Shown: one piece after another, positions 1 through 10,100 of the stretch
Layout: every line of letters starts with the position of its first letter
Position numbering within the stretch: position 1 is the first letter of the stretch
DNA from: a virus
Taxonomy: Duplodnaviria; Caudoviricetes
Length of the DNA: 36,444 nt
IMG/VR virus record: IMGVR_UViG_3300048580_000754
Span: 1-36,444 of that record
Strand: one strand, 5' to 3'
Position numbers and translations under genes: made by a program
The notes under the pieces: generated by a model
Databases searched by the model: none
The model's input: the letters and a program-made list of their open reading frames with translations, nothing else
Told to the model about the DNA's origin: nothing

Positions 1-68
1 GGGCCTTGTGTCTCCCCTTCGACGAACGCAGCGACTAACCGCCGCGCCGCTCCCAAAATTCGTTTCAT
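1..68 (-). CDS. 5' end of a leftward gene truncated by the window edge (MKRILGAARRLVAAF...)
   Basis: ATG at 68-66 overlaps the stop of the RHH gene (ATGA); frame stays open to the edge. Confidence 0.5.
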   Translation of the reverse strand, partial: MKRILGAARRLVAAFVEGETQG

Positions 69-262
69 ACTCCCGCCTCCGTGGTCACAGGTTGAGCCGC
101 GGCCGGCGCCCGGCGCTTCACGTCGCGACGCATCAGGCGGCGGAAATACTTCGAGCGGTCCGTATCATCCGACTCGACCAGCCGATCCACGACGCCCAGC
201 AGGTCCACGGGCACCGTGATCGAAATTTGCGTCATTCCGGGAGAGCGTTTCGTCTGCTTCAC
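65..262 (-). CDS. Ribbon-helix-helix (CopG/Arc-like) regulator, Cro-like position
   Basis: QISITVPVDLLGVVDRL...DRSKYFRRLM has the beta-strand/helix/helix RHH pattern; divergent from a second RHH gene. Confidence 0.8.
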   Translation of the reverse strand: MKQTKRSPGMTQISITVPVDLLGVVDRLVESDDTDRSKYFRRLMRRDVKRRAPAAAQPVTTEAGV

Positions 263-269
263 GGTTGCG

Positions 270-297
270 ATAGTGTATCACACTTTATTAGTGTCAA
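270..297 (-). promoter_or_regulatory. Putative sigma70 promoter for the leftward operon, possibly leaderless
   Basis: TTGACA (297-292), 16-nt spacer, CACTAT (275-270), ending 7 nt before the GTG at 262. Confidence 0.5.
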
Positions 298-302
298 TCA
301 CT
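272..302. promoter_or_regulatory. Two tandem palindromic operators AGTG-N5-CACT
   Basis: AGTGTATCACACT (272-284) and AGTGTCAATCACT (290-302), 18-bp period, overlapping the -10 and -35 boxes; half-site AGTGTATC at 327-334. Confidence 0.65.
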
Positions 303-342
303 TTTGCTTGTCGGCCGGTAAATCACAGTGTATCCATCACCC

Positions 343-555
343 ATGCCACCCGGAGTCCGCGCCGCCGAACAAACACAAGTCAGCATTTCGCTCCCCAAGG
401 AGCTACTGGCGCAGCTCGACACCAGGGCGGCCAAGCTCGGCCTGTCTCGCAGCGCCTATCTCGTGCAACTGGCGCGGGCCGACGTGGCCGACCGCGGGCC
501 AATGGTCCTGAAAGAAATCGAAACGCCCTACAAAACCAAGAACCACAACAAATGA
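343..555 (+). CDS. Ribbon-helix-helix regulator, CI-like position (putative immunity repressor)
   Basis: QVSISLPKELLAQLDTRAAKLGLSRSAYLVQLA is a canonical CopG-type RHH; first gene on the integrase-side strand. Confidence 0.8.
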   Translation: MPPGVRAAEQTQVSISLPKELLAQLDTRAAKLGLSRSAYLVQLARADVADRGPMVLKEIETPYKTKNHNK

Positions 556-878
556 ACCTCCCCACCCTTCGCGCCTTCGCGCCTTCGCTGTTTGCCCTCC
601 TCCTGCTCGGCTGCGTAACCAGCTCGCGCAAGCTCAGCGACATTTCGACCGGCATGAGCAAGGCCGAAGTCATCCAAATCCTTGGGCGGCCCAAGAGCAC
701 CAGCGCGCACGACGGCTGCGAACTGCTGCGCTACCAGCTCAGCGGCCGCTACGCGCCGCCACTCAACCCCAATCATCCCATGTTTGCCGATGGCTACACC
801 GTTCAACTCTGCGCCGGAAAGGTTGTTGCATTCGGTCGCGACGACGAATTCCAGGCGGTCCGCGTCAAAATGGAGTGA
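552..878 (+). CDS. Lipoprotein with SmpA/OmlA(BamE)-like domain
   Basis: ATGA overlap with the repressor stop; lipobox LLGC; ISTGMSKAEVIQILGRP motif. Confidence 0.7.
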   Translation: MNLPTLRAFAPSLFALLLLGCVTSSRKLSDISTGMSKAEVIQILGRPKSTSAHDGCELLRYQLSGRYAPPLNPNHPMFADGYTVQLCAGKVVAFGRDDEFQAVRVKME

Positions 879-917
879 CGGCGCCCTTCGTGCTTTCCTG
901 CCTTCCAAATTTGTCTA

Positions 918-946
918 TTGACATTCAAGACGCCACGCGCTAAACC
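918..946 (+). promoter_or_regulatory. Putative sigma70 promoter
   Basis: TTGACA-17 nt-TAAACC in the intergenic space before the early small genes. Confidence 0.4.
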
Positions 947-1022
947 TACCCACGAAACGGCCGCCGACAGTGCTAGAACACCGCCGACGGCCTGAACAAA
1001 ACCAGTGAAAGAACCACAAGTT

Positions 1023-1493
1023 ATGTCTCGCCAAATCCTCGCCACTCCCGCCGCCCCGCGCAACGAATTCTGGGGCCCGGCCATCTCCGTTTACACCCGC
1101 GCCCAAGCCATCGCCGACGGCGTGCTCGTGGATGTCACCGATTCCCCCGAGTTCCGGGAATCCGGCATCAAATTCCCGGTCTGCCTCACCATGGGCGCCT
1201 TCGAGGCCACCATCAGCACCGGCGGCGAATGGGTGGACGACGGCACCGGCACCGGCGAGCAGGTCCTGAGTCTGCCCGGCGGGCAGAGTTTCGCCGGCCG
1301 CCTCTGGGATGTTCTCTATCTGTTCAAGCGGGCGGCCAAAGCCGCACGGCCCGGCGAGGATTGCGTCTGGTTCGTGCTGAGCGTGGACGCCAAGGGCGAC
1401 GGCAAGCACGAGATCATCAAGCTCTGGGCCCGCATCGGCCCCGGCGACACCGCCGCGCCCGTTATCACCATCATGTTGACCAGCGAAGACTAA
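1023..1493 (+). CDS. DUF6573-like mobile-element protein
   Basis: YTRAQAIADGVLVDVT, GRLWDVL and GPGD...PVITIM..ED motifs; alternative GTG start at 1005. Confidence 0.7.
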   Translation: MSRQILATPAAPRNEFWGPAISVYTRAQAIADGVLVDVTDSPEFRESGIKFPVCLTMGAFEATISTGGEWVDDGTGTGEQVLSLPGGQSFAGRLWDVLYLFKRAAKAARPGEDCVWFVLSVDAKGDGKHEIIKLWARIGPGDTAAPVITIMLTSED

Positions 1494-1512
1494 CACCCAG
1501 CCACCGCACAAC

Positions 1513-1731
1513 ATGAATACGCCCTCCATCATCCGCGCCGGCGAACTGATCGCCGAACTCGATCCGGCCCTTGCCCAGCTCTGGCTGCGGCAACCGTTCC
1601 AGCGCCACAACATCGTCAGCGCGTTTCACCGCTCGCTTAGCGGCTCGCGTTACGCCGCTCTGGCCGACGAAATCGCTGTCAATCTGCGCAGCGCAATCGA
1701 CAGCACCACTCCCGCGCCCGCCATCGCTTGA
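1513..1731 (+). CDS. Hypothetical protein (72 aa)
   Basis: ATG after an A/C-rich leader; codon usage like neighbouring genes. Confidence 0.6.
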   Translation: MNTPSIIRAGELIAELDPALAQLWLRQPFQRHNIVSAFHRSLSGSRYAALADEIAVNLRSAIDSTTPAPAIA

Positions 1732-1806
1732 CCCCGACACGCGCCCCGGCCAGATGGCCGCGGGCGAAGTCGGCGCCAATCCCGGCCCCGTGAACCCCAT
1801 CACAAA

Positions 1807-1962
1807 ATGAACCGATTCACCGTCATTGTCAGGACACCAAAGGACGGAAGCCGCATGACGATCAAAAACATAAAGGCCGAGACGAAGCAGGAAGCCTGCG
1901 ACAAGGCCGCGAAGATCAACGGCGGATTCCATGGAACGCTGTCGGTCAAAAAGACAAGCTGA
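1807..1962 (+). CDS. Small basic hypothetical protein (51 aa, MNRFTVIVRTPKDG...)
   Basis: Read by hand (below ORF-track cut-off); fills the gap and ends 1 nt before the next ATG. Confidence 0.6.
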   Translation: MNRFTVIVRTPKDGSRMTIKNIKAETKQEACDKAAKINGGFHGTLSVKKTS

Positions 1963-1963
1963 C

Positions 1964-2170
1964 ATGAAACACCCCACCACCCACGGCGGCCCGCGCCCCG
2001 GCGCCGGCCGCAAACCCTCCGGCAAGGTGATGATCTGCACCAACGTGTTGCCCGCCACCGCCGCCGCCCTGCGCCGCGAAGCCAAGCGCCTCGCCCAAGC
2101 CGCCGGCACCACCCGCCCCCAACTCGGCCCCGCCATCGACGCCGCCGTGGCCGCCTCGCTCCTGCCATGA
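1964..2170 (+). CDS. Small putative DNA-binding protein
   Basis: N-terminal HGGPRPGAGRKP (AT-hook-like) motif followed by a strand-helix segment. Confidence 0.6.
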   Translation: MKHPTTHGGPRPGAGRKPSGKVMICTNVLPATAAALRREAKRLAQAAGTTRPQLGPAIDAAVAASLLP

Positions 2171-2370
2171 TCACCTTCTACCGCCACACCCGTCTCGCCG
2201 CCGCCATGGGCGTGGATCCCGCCACCCACGCCCTACACGCGCACGAATGGCAACGCATGGCCGCCGGCCTCGACCCGCTGCCCGACTGGGCCGACACCCG
2301 CGAGGCCCGCCGCAAAGCCTTGATTCACCTGCGACTGGCCAAGCGGTTTCAGCGGTCCCGCCTTTCCTGA
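2167..2370 (+). CDS. Hypothetical protein (67 aa)
   Basis: ATGA overlap with the upstream gene; directly precedes the integrase. Confidence 0.55.
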   Translation: MITFYRHTRLAAAMGVDPATHALHAHEWQRMAAGLDPLPDWADTREARRKALIHLRLAKRFQRSRLS

Positions 2371-2397
2371 TTTCCTGCCTTCCAAATTCTCCCCGCC

Positions 2398-3915
2398 ATG
2401 AAGATTCCCGCCTACCCCGGCCACGGCTGGGAAATCACCGCCCGCACCGAGCCCCCCGAAGCGCGCCCGCTCAAGGTCGCCTTCGCCAAACACCGCGCCG
2501 GATTGCTGGATGGAGCGCTTCGCAAACACCCCGGCGCCGGGCCCGATTCGGCCGCGCCCTGGTATCTGCGCACCCCCACCAGTTGGCGCCGCGTGTCGCC
2601 CCTCGACGGCCCGCCCGTGTGGACGCCCGACGGCATTGTGGCCGCCATCCGCAACGCCCTCGACCACCTCACCGCCACCAGCCAGGAGCGCGACCCCTTC
2701 GCCCGCGCCCGGGCCCGCGTCGCCTACCGGGCCAACCTCACCCTCGCCAAACTGTCCGCCGATTGGCTTGAACTGGGAATGCCCGGCCTCGACCCCGACA
2801 GCGACGGCGCCGCCTTCGCCCCGCGTTCACCCGCCGCCCGCGCCGCCCTCCTGCCATTCCTCGAAACCGCCTTGAAATGGTGGGGCAGCCACGATCCCGC
2901 CGCCGTCACCCAACGCACCATGCGCGACTACCACGCCAGCCGCTGCGCCCAGGTCGCCGCCGGGGCCCGCTCGGGGCAGGGGAAGGGCAGCCGCGCCGTG
3001 GACCTCGAACTAAACGCCCTCGCCCAGCTCTGCCGCTGGGCCGTGGCCGACGAACGCCTCGGCCACAACCCGTTTGCCCAGCGCCCCCGCTTCCGCTCCT
3101 CGAAGTCCATCGTCCACTGCCACGCCAAGCAGCCCGACACCGACGAGGAACTTCACCAGCTTGCCCGCCATCTGTTCGGCCGGCCCGCCGCCATCGTCAG
3201 TGGCGCCCGGCTCCTGTTTGCGGCGATGACCGGATTGCGACCCGGCGAACACGGCTTCCTGCAATGGAACGCGCAGGGCCCCAGCCCGAAACACCGGGCC
3301 CCCGGCGAACAATTCACCGACGCCAACGGCCGCCGGCTGCTGGCCGTGCAACGGGAGAAACACGGCATCAACCCCGGCGTGGAGATCCACGCGACGCTCG
3401 GCGACTTCCTCGACGTGTGGCGCGTGTTCACCCTGGAGCGCTTTGGCGCCGGCTGCCCGTGGATGTTCCCGAACAACGCCGGCACCGGCCCGTGCGACAG
3501 CGACACCCTCAGCCGCGACCTGCTCACCGCTTGCGCCGCGCTGGGCTTGCCCCCGCGCACCGGCCACGCCGCCCGCGCCTACTACGTCAGCGTGCGCCGC
3601 AGTCAGGGCCTGAACGACAGCGACATCGCCAGCCACCTCGGCCATCGGTCCGGCGAGAAGATCGTTGTCCGCATCTACGGCGACCCCGGCGACATCCGCG
3701 GCACCGGCCGCCTCGACTGGCTCCCCGCCGACGGCACCGCCCCCGCCTGGGAACTCCTGCGCCCGGCCGCCGCGTCCAACCTGGTCGCCTTCGCCCCCGC
3801 TGCTGATACGCTACAAGATACGTCCGACCGTATCACCAACCGTCCGCCAGAGTTCACCAAAGTTCACACCGACCCCGCCGCGATACGGTCAAACGTATCA
3901 GCCGGCACCCCCTGA
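2398..3915 (+). CDS. int: Tyrosine recombinase / phage integrase
   Basis: Catalytic set TGLRPGE (R), REKHG (K), HAAR (HxxR), LGH, RIYG (Y); adjacent to a tRNA-derived att site. Confidence 0.92.
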   Translation: MKIPAYPGHGWEITARTEPPEARPLKVAFAKHRAGLLDGALRKHPGAGPDSAAPWYLRTPTSWRRVSPLDGPPVWTPDGIVAAIRNALDHLTATSQERDPFARARARVAYRANLTLAKLSADWLELGMPGLDPDSDGAAFAPRSPAARAALLPFLETALKWWGSHDPAAVTQRTMRDYHASRCAQVAAGARSGQGKGSRAVDLELNALAQLCRWAVADERLGHNPFAQRPRFRSSKSIVHCHAKQPDTDEELHQLARHLFGRPAAIVSGARLLFAAMTGLRPGEHGFLQWNAQGPSPKHRAPGEQFTDANGRRLLAVQREKHGINPGVEIHATLGDFLDVWRVFTLERFGAGCPWMFPNNAGTGPCDSDTLSRDLLTACAALGLPPRTGHAARAYYVSVRRSQGLNDSDIASHLGHRSGEKIVVRIYGDPGDIRGTGRLDWLPADGTAPAWELLRPAAASNLVAFAPAADTLQDTSDRITNRPPEFTKVHTDPAAIRSNVSAGTP

Positions 3916-3923
3916 AAGCATAA

Positions 3924-3951
3924 GGGTTGCAACGGTTTCCCACTGCAACCC
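3924..3951. other. Inverted repeat between int and the att core
   Basis: GGGTTGCA-N12-TGCAACCC; possible terminator or protein-binding site. Confidence 0.35.
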
Positions 3952-3962
3952 CTTGCAAATCA

Positions 3963-4020
3963 TGGCGGAAGGGGAGGGATTCGAACCCCCGGATGGGTTA
4001 CCCCATCTCCTGATTTCGAG
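3963..4020 (-). tRNA. 3' half of tRNA-Ser(CGA), the att core; not a complete tRNA
   Basis: Minus strand reads CTCGAAA anticodon loop, long variable arm, GGTTCGAATCC T-arm, acceptor strand ending CCA; the 5' half is absent. Confidence 0.85.
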
Positions 4021-4108
4021 GCTGGCGCGGTGGCGTTGTAATTGCCTGCACCGCAGGGCGAGCCTAGGCCACCTTCGGCCGTGATACGTGGCAAGATACG
4101 TTAACAGA

Positions 4109-7100
4109 TCACTGCTGCGTGGGCAGGAATTTGGCGGCTTTGGCTTCGGTCAGGAGCGTGTCGGCCAGCTTGGTCAGGTCGCGATAGACCGATTGCCGGG
4201 CGCGCAGGTCCTCGGTCTGCTCGGCGATGCGTTGGGCGAGGCGGACGCTTTCCATCCGGCCTTCCAGCATGTTGGCAAAGGCGCGCAGGTGGGGCGCCAG
4301 CTCCTTGTTGCGGGCCCGCGCCTGCCAGTAGAAATGCAGGTCGTAAAGCTCCGAAATCTGCCGGTTCACCGCGGAGAACTCGCCGCCGCGGCGGAAGGCT
4401 TTGCCCACGACGGGCAGCTCCGAGGGTTCCTGCCGCGTGGATCCGGGACGCAAGCCCAGCATTTGCTCCAGGCCGGCCACGGTATCCGAGGCCGCCCCAC
4501 CGCCGACGCCGCGAATGACGTGATCGACGCGCCGTGGGCTCACCTTGTCCGGGAAGGCCCGGCCGAGCGTCGTCGCCAGCCACGAGGTGTAGGGGCCCGA
4601 CTGCTCGCCCGGCCGCAGGTCCACCTGGGCACGCGGCACGATGGGCCGGTCGAAGAAGTCCATGTGATTGCGCGCCTGCTCCCACGCGATCTTGCCCACC
4701 ACCGGCAGGTCAAACGGGTTCACCGTGGCAAACACGTGACCGAAAGCCGCGTTGACCGCCTCGGGATTGTCCCGGTGCGCGGCATCCAGCAGCGCCTCGG
4801 GGATCACCGCGAAGGCGTTCTGCCACTCCGGCGGCCGGGGAATCTGATACACGTTCCCGTTGCCGTCGGGCACGTTCCAATACAGGTAACGCTCCCGCCA
4901 GGGCAAAGCCCGATACCAGTCCTCGTCCTTGTTCTGCCACCACGCGTAGAGCGCAGGCACCGTGAACATGGAAAACCCATACAGCACCGCCTGCGCCGGC
5001 CGTTCCTGAAGCGTCCGCAGGAAACCCCGGGTGCCTTGGATGTTGGCGTTGAAGAACGGGATGGCCTGCGACCACAGCTTGGCGTAGCTGCCGCCGGCCG
5101 AGAAGTCGGTCGTCACCCGCTTGGCCGCGATGGTCAGGGCCAGCGCCTGCTCGGGCGTCAACGGTTGGCCCGGTGACCAGCCCAATTCCTTGGAGCGCAG
5201 CCGCAATTCCGCGATGCGCGGCACGGCCTCGGTGAAGCTCAGCAACTCGCGCAAGGTCTCAATCGGCGCCGTGACCCGCTTGAACACCTTGCCATGAAAC
5301 AGCCCCTTGGCCTCGCGCCGGGCGAAACCCACGTCGCCGCCGAGCGGTTGGCCGGCCATCACACCCAGCCGGTCGAACAGGTCGCGATACGCCGACGGCT
5401 GGCGCGTCAGGCCCGACTTCACCACGTCGCCCAGGGCGCCGAAGTATTCGGCCACCCGCCGGAGCGGATTGGCGCCGGCCGTGCTCTGCATCAGGAAGGT
5501 TTGCAGGTCACGGGCCGGATTGGTGAACAGCGAGAAGGCCGGCCGCAAGCCCGTGGTGCCCAGCCGGAAGGTCCGCGCCGGCACGCCGAGCAACAGGTCG
5601 GCCACCAGCGGCAGGCGGGCCGGCTGGATGCCTTCGAGCGCGCCAAACAGGTCCGGCCGCACGAAATACCACTTCGTTTCCCCGTTCACCTTGCGGGCCA
5701 CGATGGGGTCCGAGCCCTTGGGCGAATCCGCGCCGGTGTAGTATTCCAACAGGGTGTCGGCGGGAATGTTTGTGGTGTCCACGCCCATGCCTTCGAGTTG
5801 CTGGCGCAATTTCTCCACGTTCACCTGCTCCTTCACCTGCGCCCGCGGCACCTCCTCGATCATGCCGCCCATGCCCGGCTGCTGGGCCAGGTGGAAGATG
5901 GATTCCATCACCTGGTCCCGGTGCGCCCGGGAAATCACCTGCTCGGCCGCCAGCAAGGTCTGCACGTCCAGCTCCTTCACCGGCAGCGAACTGCCCCGCA
6001 TGCGCCGCAAGGCCCCGCCCACGCCCTGATTCTCGCCGGGACGCGACTGGTTGGCGTCGAGCACACGGGCGAGCGGCACGTAATCCCGCGACCCGTTGCG
6101 GATGCGCTTCACCAACTCCGCGTTGGCCGGCGATGAGGCGCCCAGGTAATCCAGCACCCCGTCCCACCATTCGTAGTAGCGGCTGGCGGCCAGTTGGAAG
6201 TCGGGCGTCTCCAGCGTCTGCCGCAGGTATTGCGCGTCGGCCAGCGAAATGCCCGGGTTCTTGTCCTGCCCCCAGCGTTCAATGGCCCGGCGACTCCACA
6301 GGTAAGACCAAAAGTCCGCGGCGCGCCGGTTCCGGGCCAGCACCTGGTCGGCCCGCAAGCCCTTGGTCACCGGCGCCAAGGCCTCCCGCAGCGACCGGCC
6401 GCCCGTGCGATTGCCGGCGGGATCAATCATGCCCTCGTCGGCCATGTAGGCGAGGATGGCCCCGGCCTGCCCGCGCCGGGCGGTGGCAATCTGGAATGGA
6501 TCCTCGTCGGCCCGCAGCGCCCGGCCGGCGACCGCCTTGAAGCGTTTGCCCAGCGCCTCGTAGGGGGCAAACTGTTCCACGAAACCCTCGCGGCTCGCAT
6601 ACTTGCCCAGCTCCTGGCGCAGCCGGGCCAGCTTGCCGTCGGCTTGGCCCGTCTGGGCGCGCATCCGCTCCCGGGCGCCCATGCCGCGCCACACGTCGAT
6701 CTCGGCGCGGGCCTGTCGCATCGCGGCGGCCACCTCGGGAAAGGCGGGCATCACCGTGCCCTCCAGCCACGCCGTGGCGTTCGGGGCGCGCTTCGCGATG
6801 TCGTCGGTCGTCAGGTAATCCGACACCAGCTCGGCCCAGCCTTCGCCCGCGTAGCCGGCATTCGGCCGGGTCTTGCCATAGAGCGCCTTGCCCAGGGCGA
6901 CCAGCTCGCGGCCGGCGGCCGGGGGAATACCGCGCACCTTGCCCACCGAAGTGGTCGCGTAAAGCGCGTCGGCCAGGGCGTGGGCCACCTCGTGGGCCGT
7001 GGTCGGCAGGTTCAGCCGGTCCCACATGCGGATCACGCGGCTCGGCGTGGTGTAGACGCCGGCATACCGTTTCGACAGGCGGGCGCTGCGGATCGGCGAG

Positions 7101-10100
7101 GCATCGGCAATGCCGCGGGCCACGTCCACGATGGCCGACAGGCGGGCCTCGATCTTGGCCACGGTAGTGAAGCCCGGCACCAGCCGCTCCATGGTCACCA
7201 CCATGCGCTTGCTCGGCACGGCCGTGGCGGTGCCCGCCGGCAACGCGGGCAGGCCAAACTGTCCTTGAGCTTCGAGCGGGGAACCGGCGGCGCCGCCTTT
7301 CGCTTCCCCGACAGTATCTTCATTGATCCGCTCCCGCCCACCGATCAGCTCGGCCATCTTCGCTGAACCGCCAGCCTTCTCAATGTTGGCCTCAGCCTTG
7401 GCAATTGCTCCGGCTCGCGTCTTGGCGTAGGTGTCACCCGGCCGCTGCCCGGTTGTGTATTCGTAGACCGCCCACGTTTTGCCATCGGCCGCCACCACAT
7501 ATTGGTGCGCCGGATCTGCTGGCAACGTCACCATTTGCCCGGACCGCTTCACCGCCGGATTGCCTGAAATTCGAGCCGGAATCAGGAAGTCCACCTTGCC
7601 ACCCAACACCGGCTTGGACGGCCGGGCAGGTTCCGTTTGTGCAACTACACCTTCCTTCGGCGGCGCATTTAGTGCGGGCGGCGGTTCTGCTGGCGCCGCC
7701 ACAGGAGGCGGCTCCGGCGGCAGACTATTCCTCAATCGGACGGCCGCCTCGGCCAACAGCTCACGCTGTTTAGGTTCGATCTCCAGCTCCATGTCTTCAG
7801 CCTGCCGCTGCAACACGTCGGCCGCCCGGCGGTCGCCATATACCTTGCGGGCATCCTCAATGACGCGGACCACATCCATCTTGGCCGCCCGCGCCACGGG
7901 CGCCTTGCCCGAAACGGACGCCCCCGTTTCCAACCGCTTGGCCCGGCCCAGCAACTGGCCCAACTGTTCCTTGGTGTTCCAGACGGTCAACGTGCCATCC
8001 CCGGGAATCTCGATGGTGACCTTCTGCCTCGGGTTGTCGGTGTCCTGCATTGTCGGCGCCGCCTCCACCGCCTTCCCTAGCTCACCGATCAGCTTGGCCT
8101 TGGCGTCCTTGGCATCGGTCACCAGCGGCTTGCCCTTGCCAGCCCGGCCGCGCTTCACCACCTCACTGACAAACCGCAGGTTATCCATGCCGCCCTGCAT
8201 GGCCGGCGCCGCCGCGGCGGGAGCCTGCGCCGGCTCAGTCGGCTCTGCCGGTCGCACCTCGGCCGGCTTGGTCATGGATTCCGCGGCCGGCACAGCGGGA
8301 GCTTCAGCACTCGCCACACCCGCGGCGCGGCGCAACACCTCAGCTTCGGCAAATCCGCCATGCGTGAAGGCGAATTGACCGCCCACCGGGTCGAACTTGA
8401 TGGCCTTGGCCTTGCGATACTCGGCCAGCGCCGTGGTTGCCTGCTCTTGCGTCAGTCCGGCCGTTTGCATGGCAAACTCCAGGAACCGATCCTCGGCGTT
8501 GACCATGCGTTGCGCGACCGACCGGGTGCCGGGCAATGTCTCCGGCGTCTGCTGTTTCACCCGCCGCCCCATGCCCACCCCGTCGATGCCTTCCGCCGGC
8601 ACGTTCTCGCCCACCCCTTGGTCGGTCGCAAACGGGTCGAGCGGGCGCCCCGGCTCCGCATTCGGAATTCGGAACTCGCCCCTCGGCACTGCCGCGGCGC
8701 GGCCGGGCGGCTGTTCCTTTGGCAACGTCCGGGCCCGGCGAACCAATTCCGGCGGCAGCACAAATTCACTGCGCGGCTGAAGGCTGTGCTTGCGCGCCCC
8801 CGGCACATTCACAACCCGGTAGGCTTCCAAGTCCGCCTCGGGCACATCGACATAAATGATCCGCCCATCGGGATCGTGGGCGGCTCTGGCGTAGGGCTTG
8901 GCCACGTCCGGGTCGGGCGTGAACCAGCGCCCCCGGAATTCGGGCGGCTCAAACGTGGCCCGATCAATTTCACCGGAACGCCCCCACGACGGCGGCCCGG
9001 GTTTGGTTTCTCCGCGGTAGAGTCGAACCATCTTTGGCGCCTCAAACCCCGGCCCGACCTCCCCCAGCGGCGCCTCGCGGCGGAACAGCGGCCCGTCTCC
9101 CTGCTCCCCGCTCCCTGCTTCGGGCCGCGTGGCGGCCAGCGCAATCTCGTCCGCGCTCTGGCGCAGGGCCTCGATCACCTCGGGGTGGTTGGCGGCATCG
9201 CGCAGGGCCACGGCCACGTGCTCGGCCGGGCTCAGCCTGGCCTGCGTCTCGCTCGGCAGGGACCGCCGGAAACCCGGCACGTCGAGCGCCAGAAAGGCGG
9301 TGTTGGCCACGAGGTTGCGCAGGATGGCTTCCTTGCGCTCCTGCGGCGGAAGGGCCGCGTATTCCGGCAGGCGCAAGCCTTCCATGAACACCTGCACGGC
9401 ACCCTGCGAGCCGAGCACTTCCACCGCCTTCTGCGTGGCCGTGGCCTGGGGCGACATGAGCCCGCGCTGGATCAGTTGCCGGTTCACGCCCACGGCCAGC
9501 GACTTGCCCGCCTGGGCGACGGCCGGAATCGCGGCGCCCATCACGCCGGCCTGGAACGCGGCCTGCGGATCACCCGTCTCGCCGTAGGTCTGCGCGGCCA
9601 TGGGCCCGCCGAACGCGGCCATGGGCGGCACACCGTAGGCCGACAACGCCATGCTGGCGCCGAGCACGGGAGCGGACCGGCCCACGTCCTGCAAACCTTG
9701 GGCGACGGGCCCGGCGGGGTCGAGGGAAGTCAGGCCGGTGACCTTGCGCACGTCCTCGGCCAGCAGATTGCCGGCGGTGGAGAACACCTTACCGGCCTCG
9801 CGCAGCGGTTGGCGCAGCATGAGGCTGGCGGCCTCGGGAACGGCGGCGGCCCACTCGGCGGCGGTGCCCCCGGTGAGCGGCTGGATCACCTCGCGGTCCA
9901 CGGCGCGGGCGGCGTCAAACCCCACCTCGTGCGCGGCGTTGATCACCCCCTCCAACTGGCCGGAGAACCCGGACCGGGCGGCGGTGTCTTGGTTGTTGGC
10001 CTGCATCTGGCCGAACGCCTCGAAGTTGGCGGCGAACTTAGCGTCGCGCTCCAGGTAGGCCGGGAACTTGGTGCCAATGGCGAGGGTCAGCTTGTCGTCG

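Larger units (their letters stand above)
3804..4101. mobile_element. attP region with integrase arm-type repeats
   Basis: TGATACGCTACAAGATACGT (3804-3823) and TGATACGTGGCAAGATACGT (4082-4101) flank the tRNA fragment; more GATACG/CGTATCA copies at 3829, 3882 and 3894. Confidence 0.75.

Noticed and set aside
216-878. 220-aa ORF as a single protein
   Set aside because: It spans the operator region and the RHH gene; only the part from ATG 552 has a signal peptide and domain
3963-4050. Complete phage tRNA gene
   Set aside because: Sequence 5' of the anticodon loop does not pair with the anticodon or acceptor stems; only the 3' half is present
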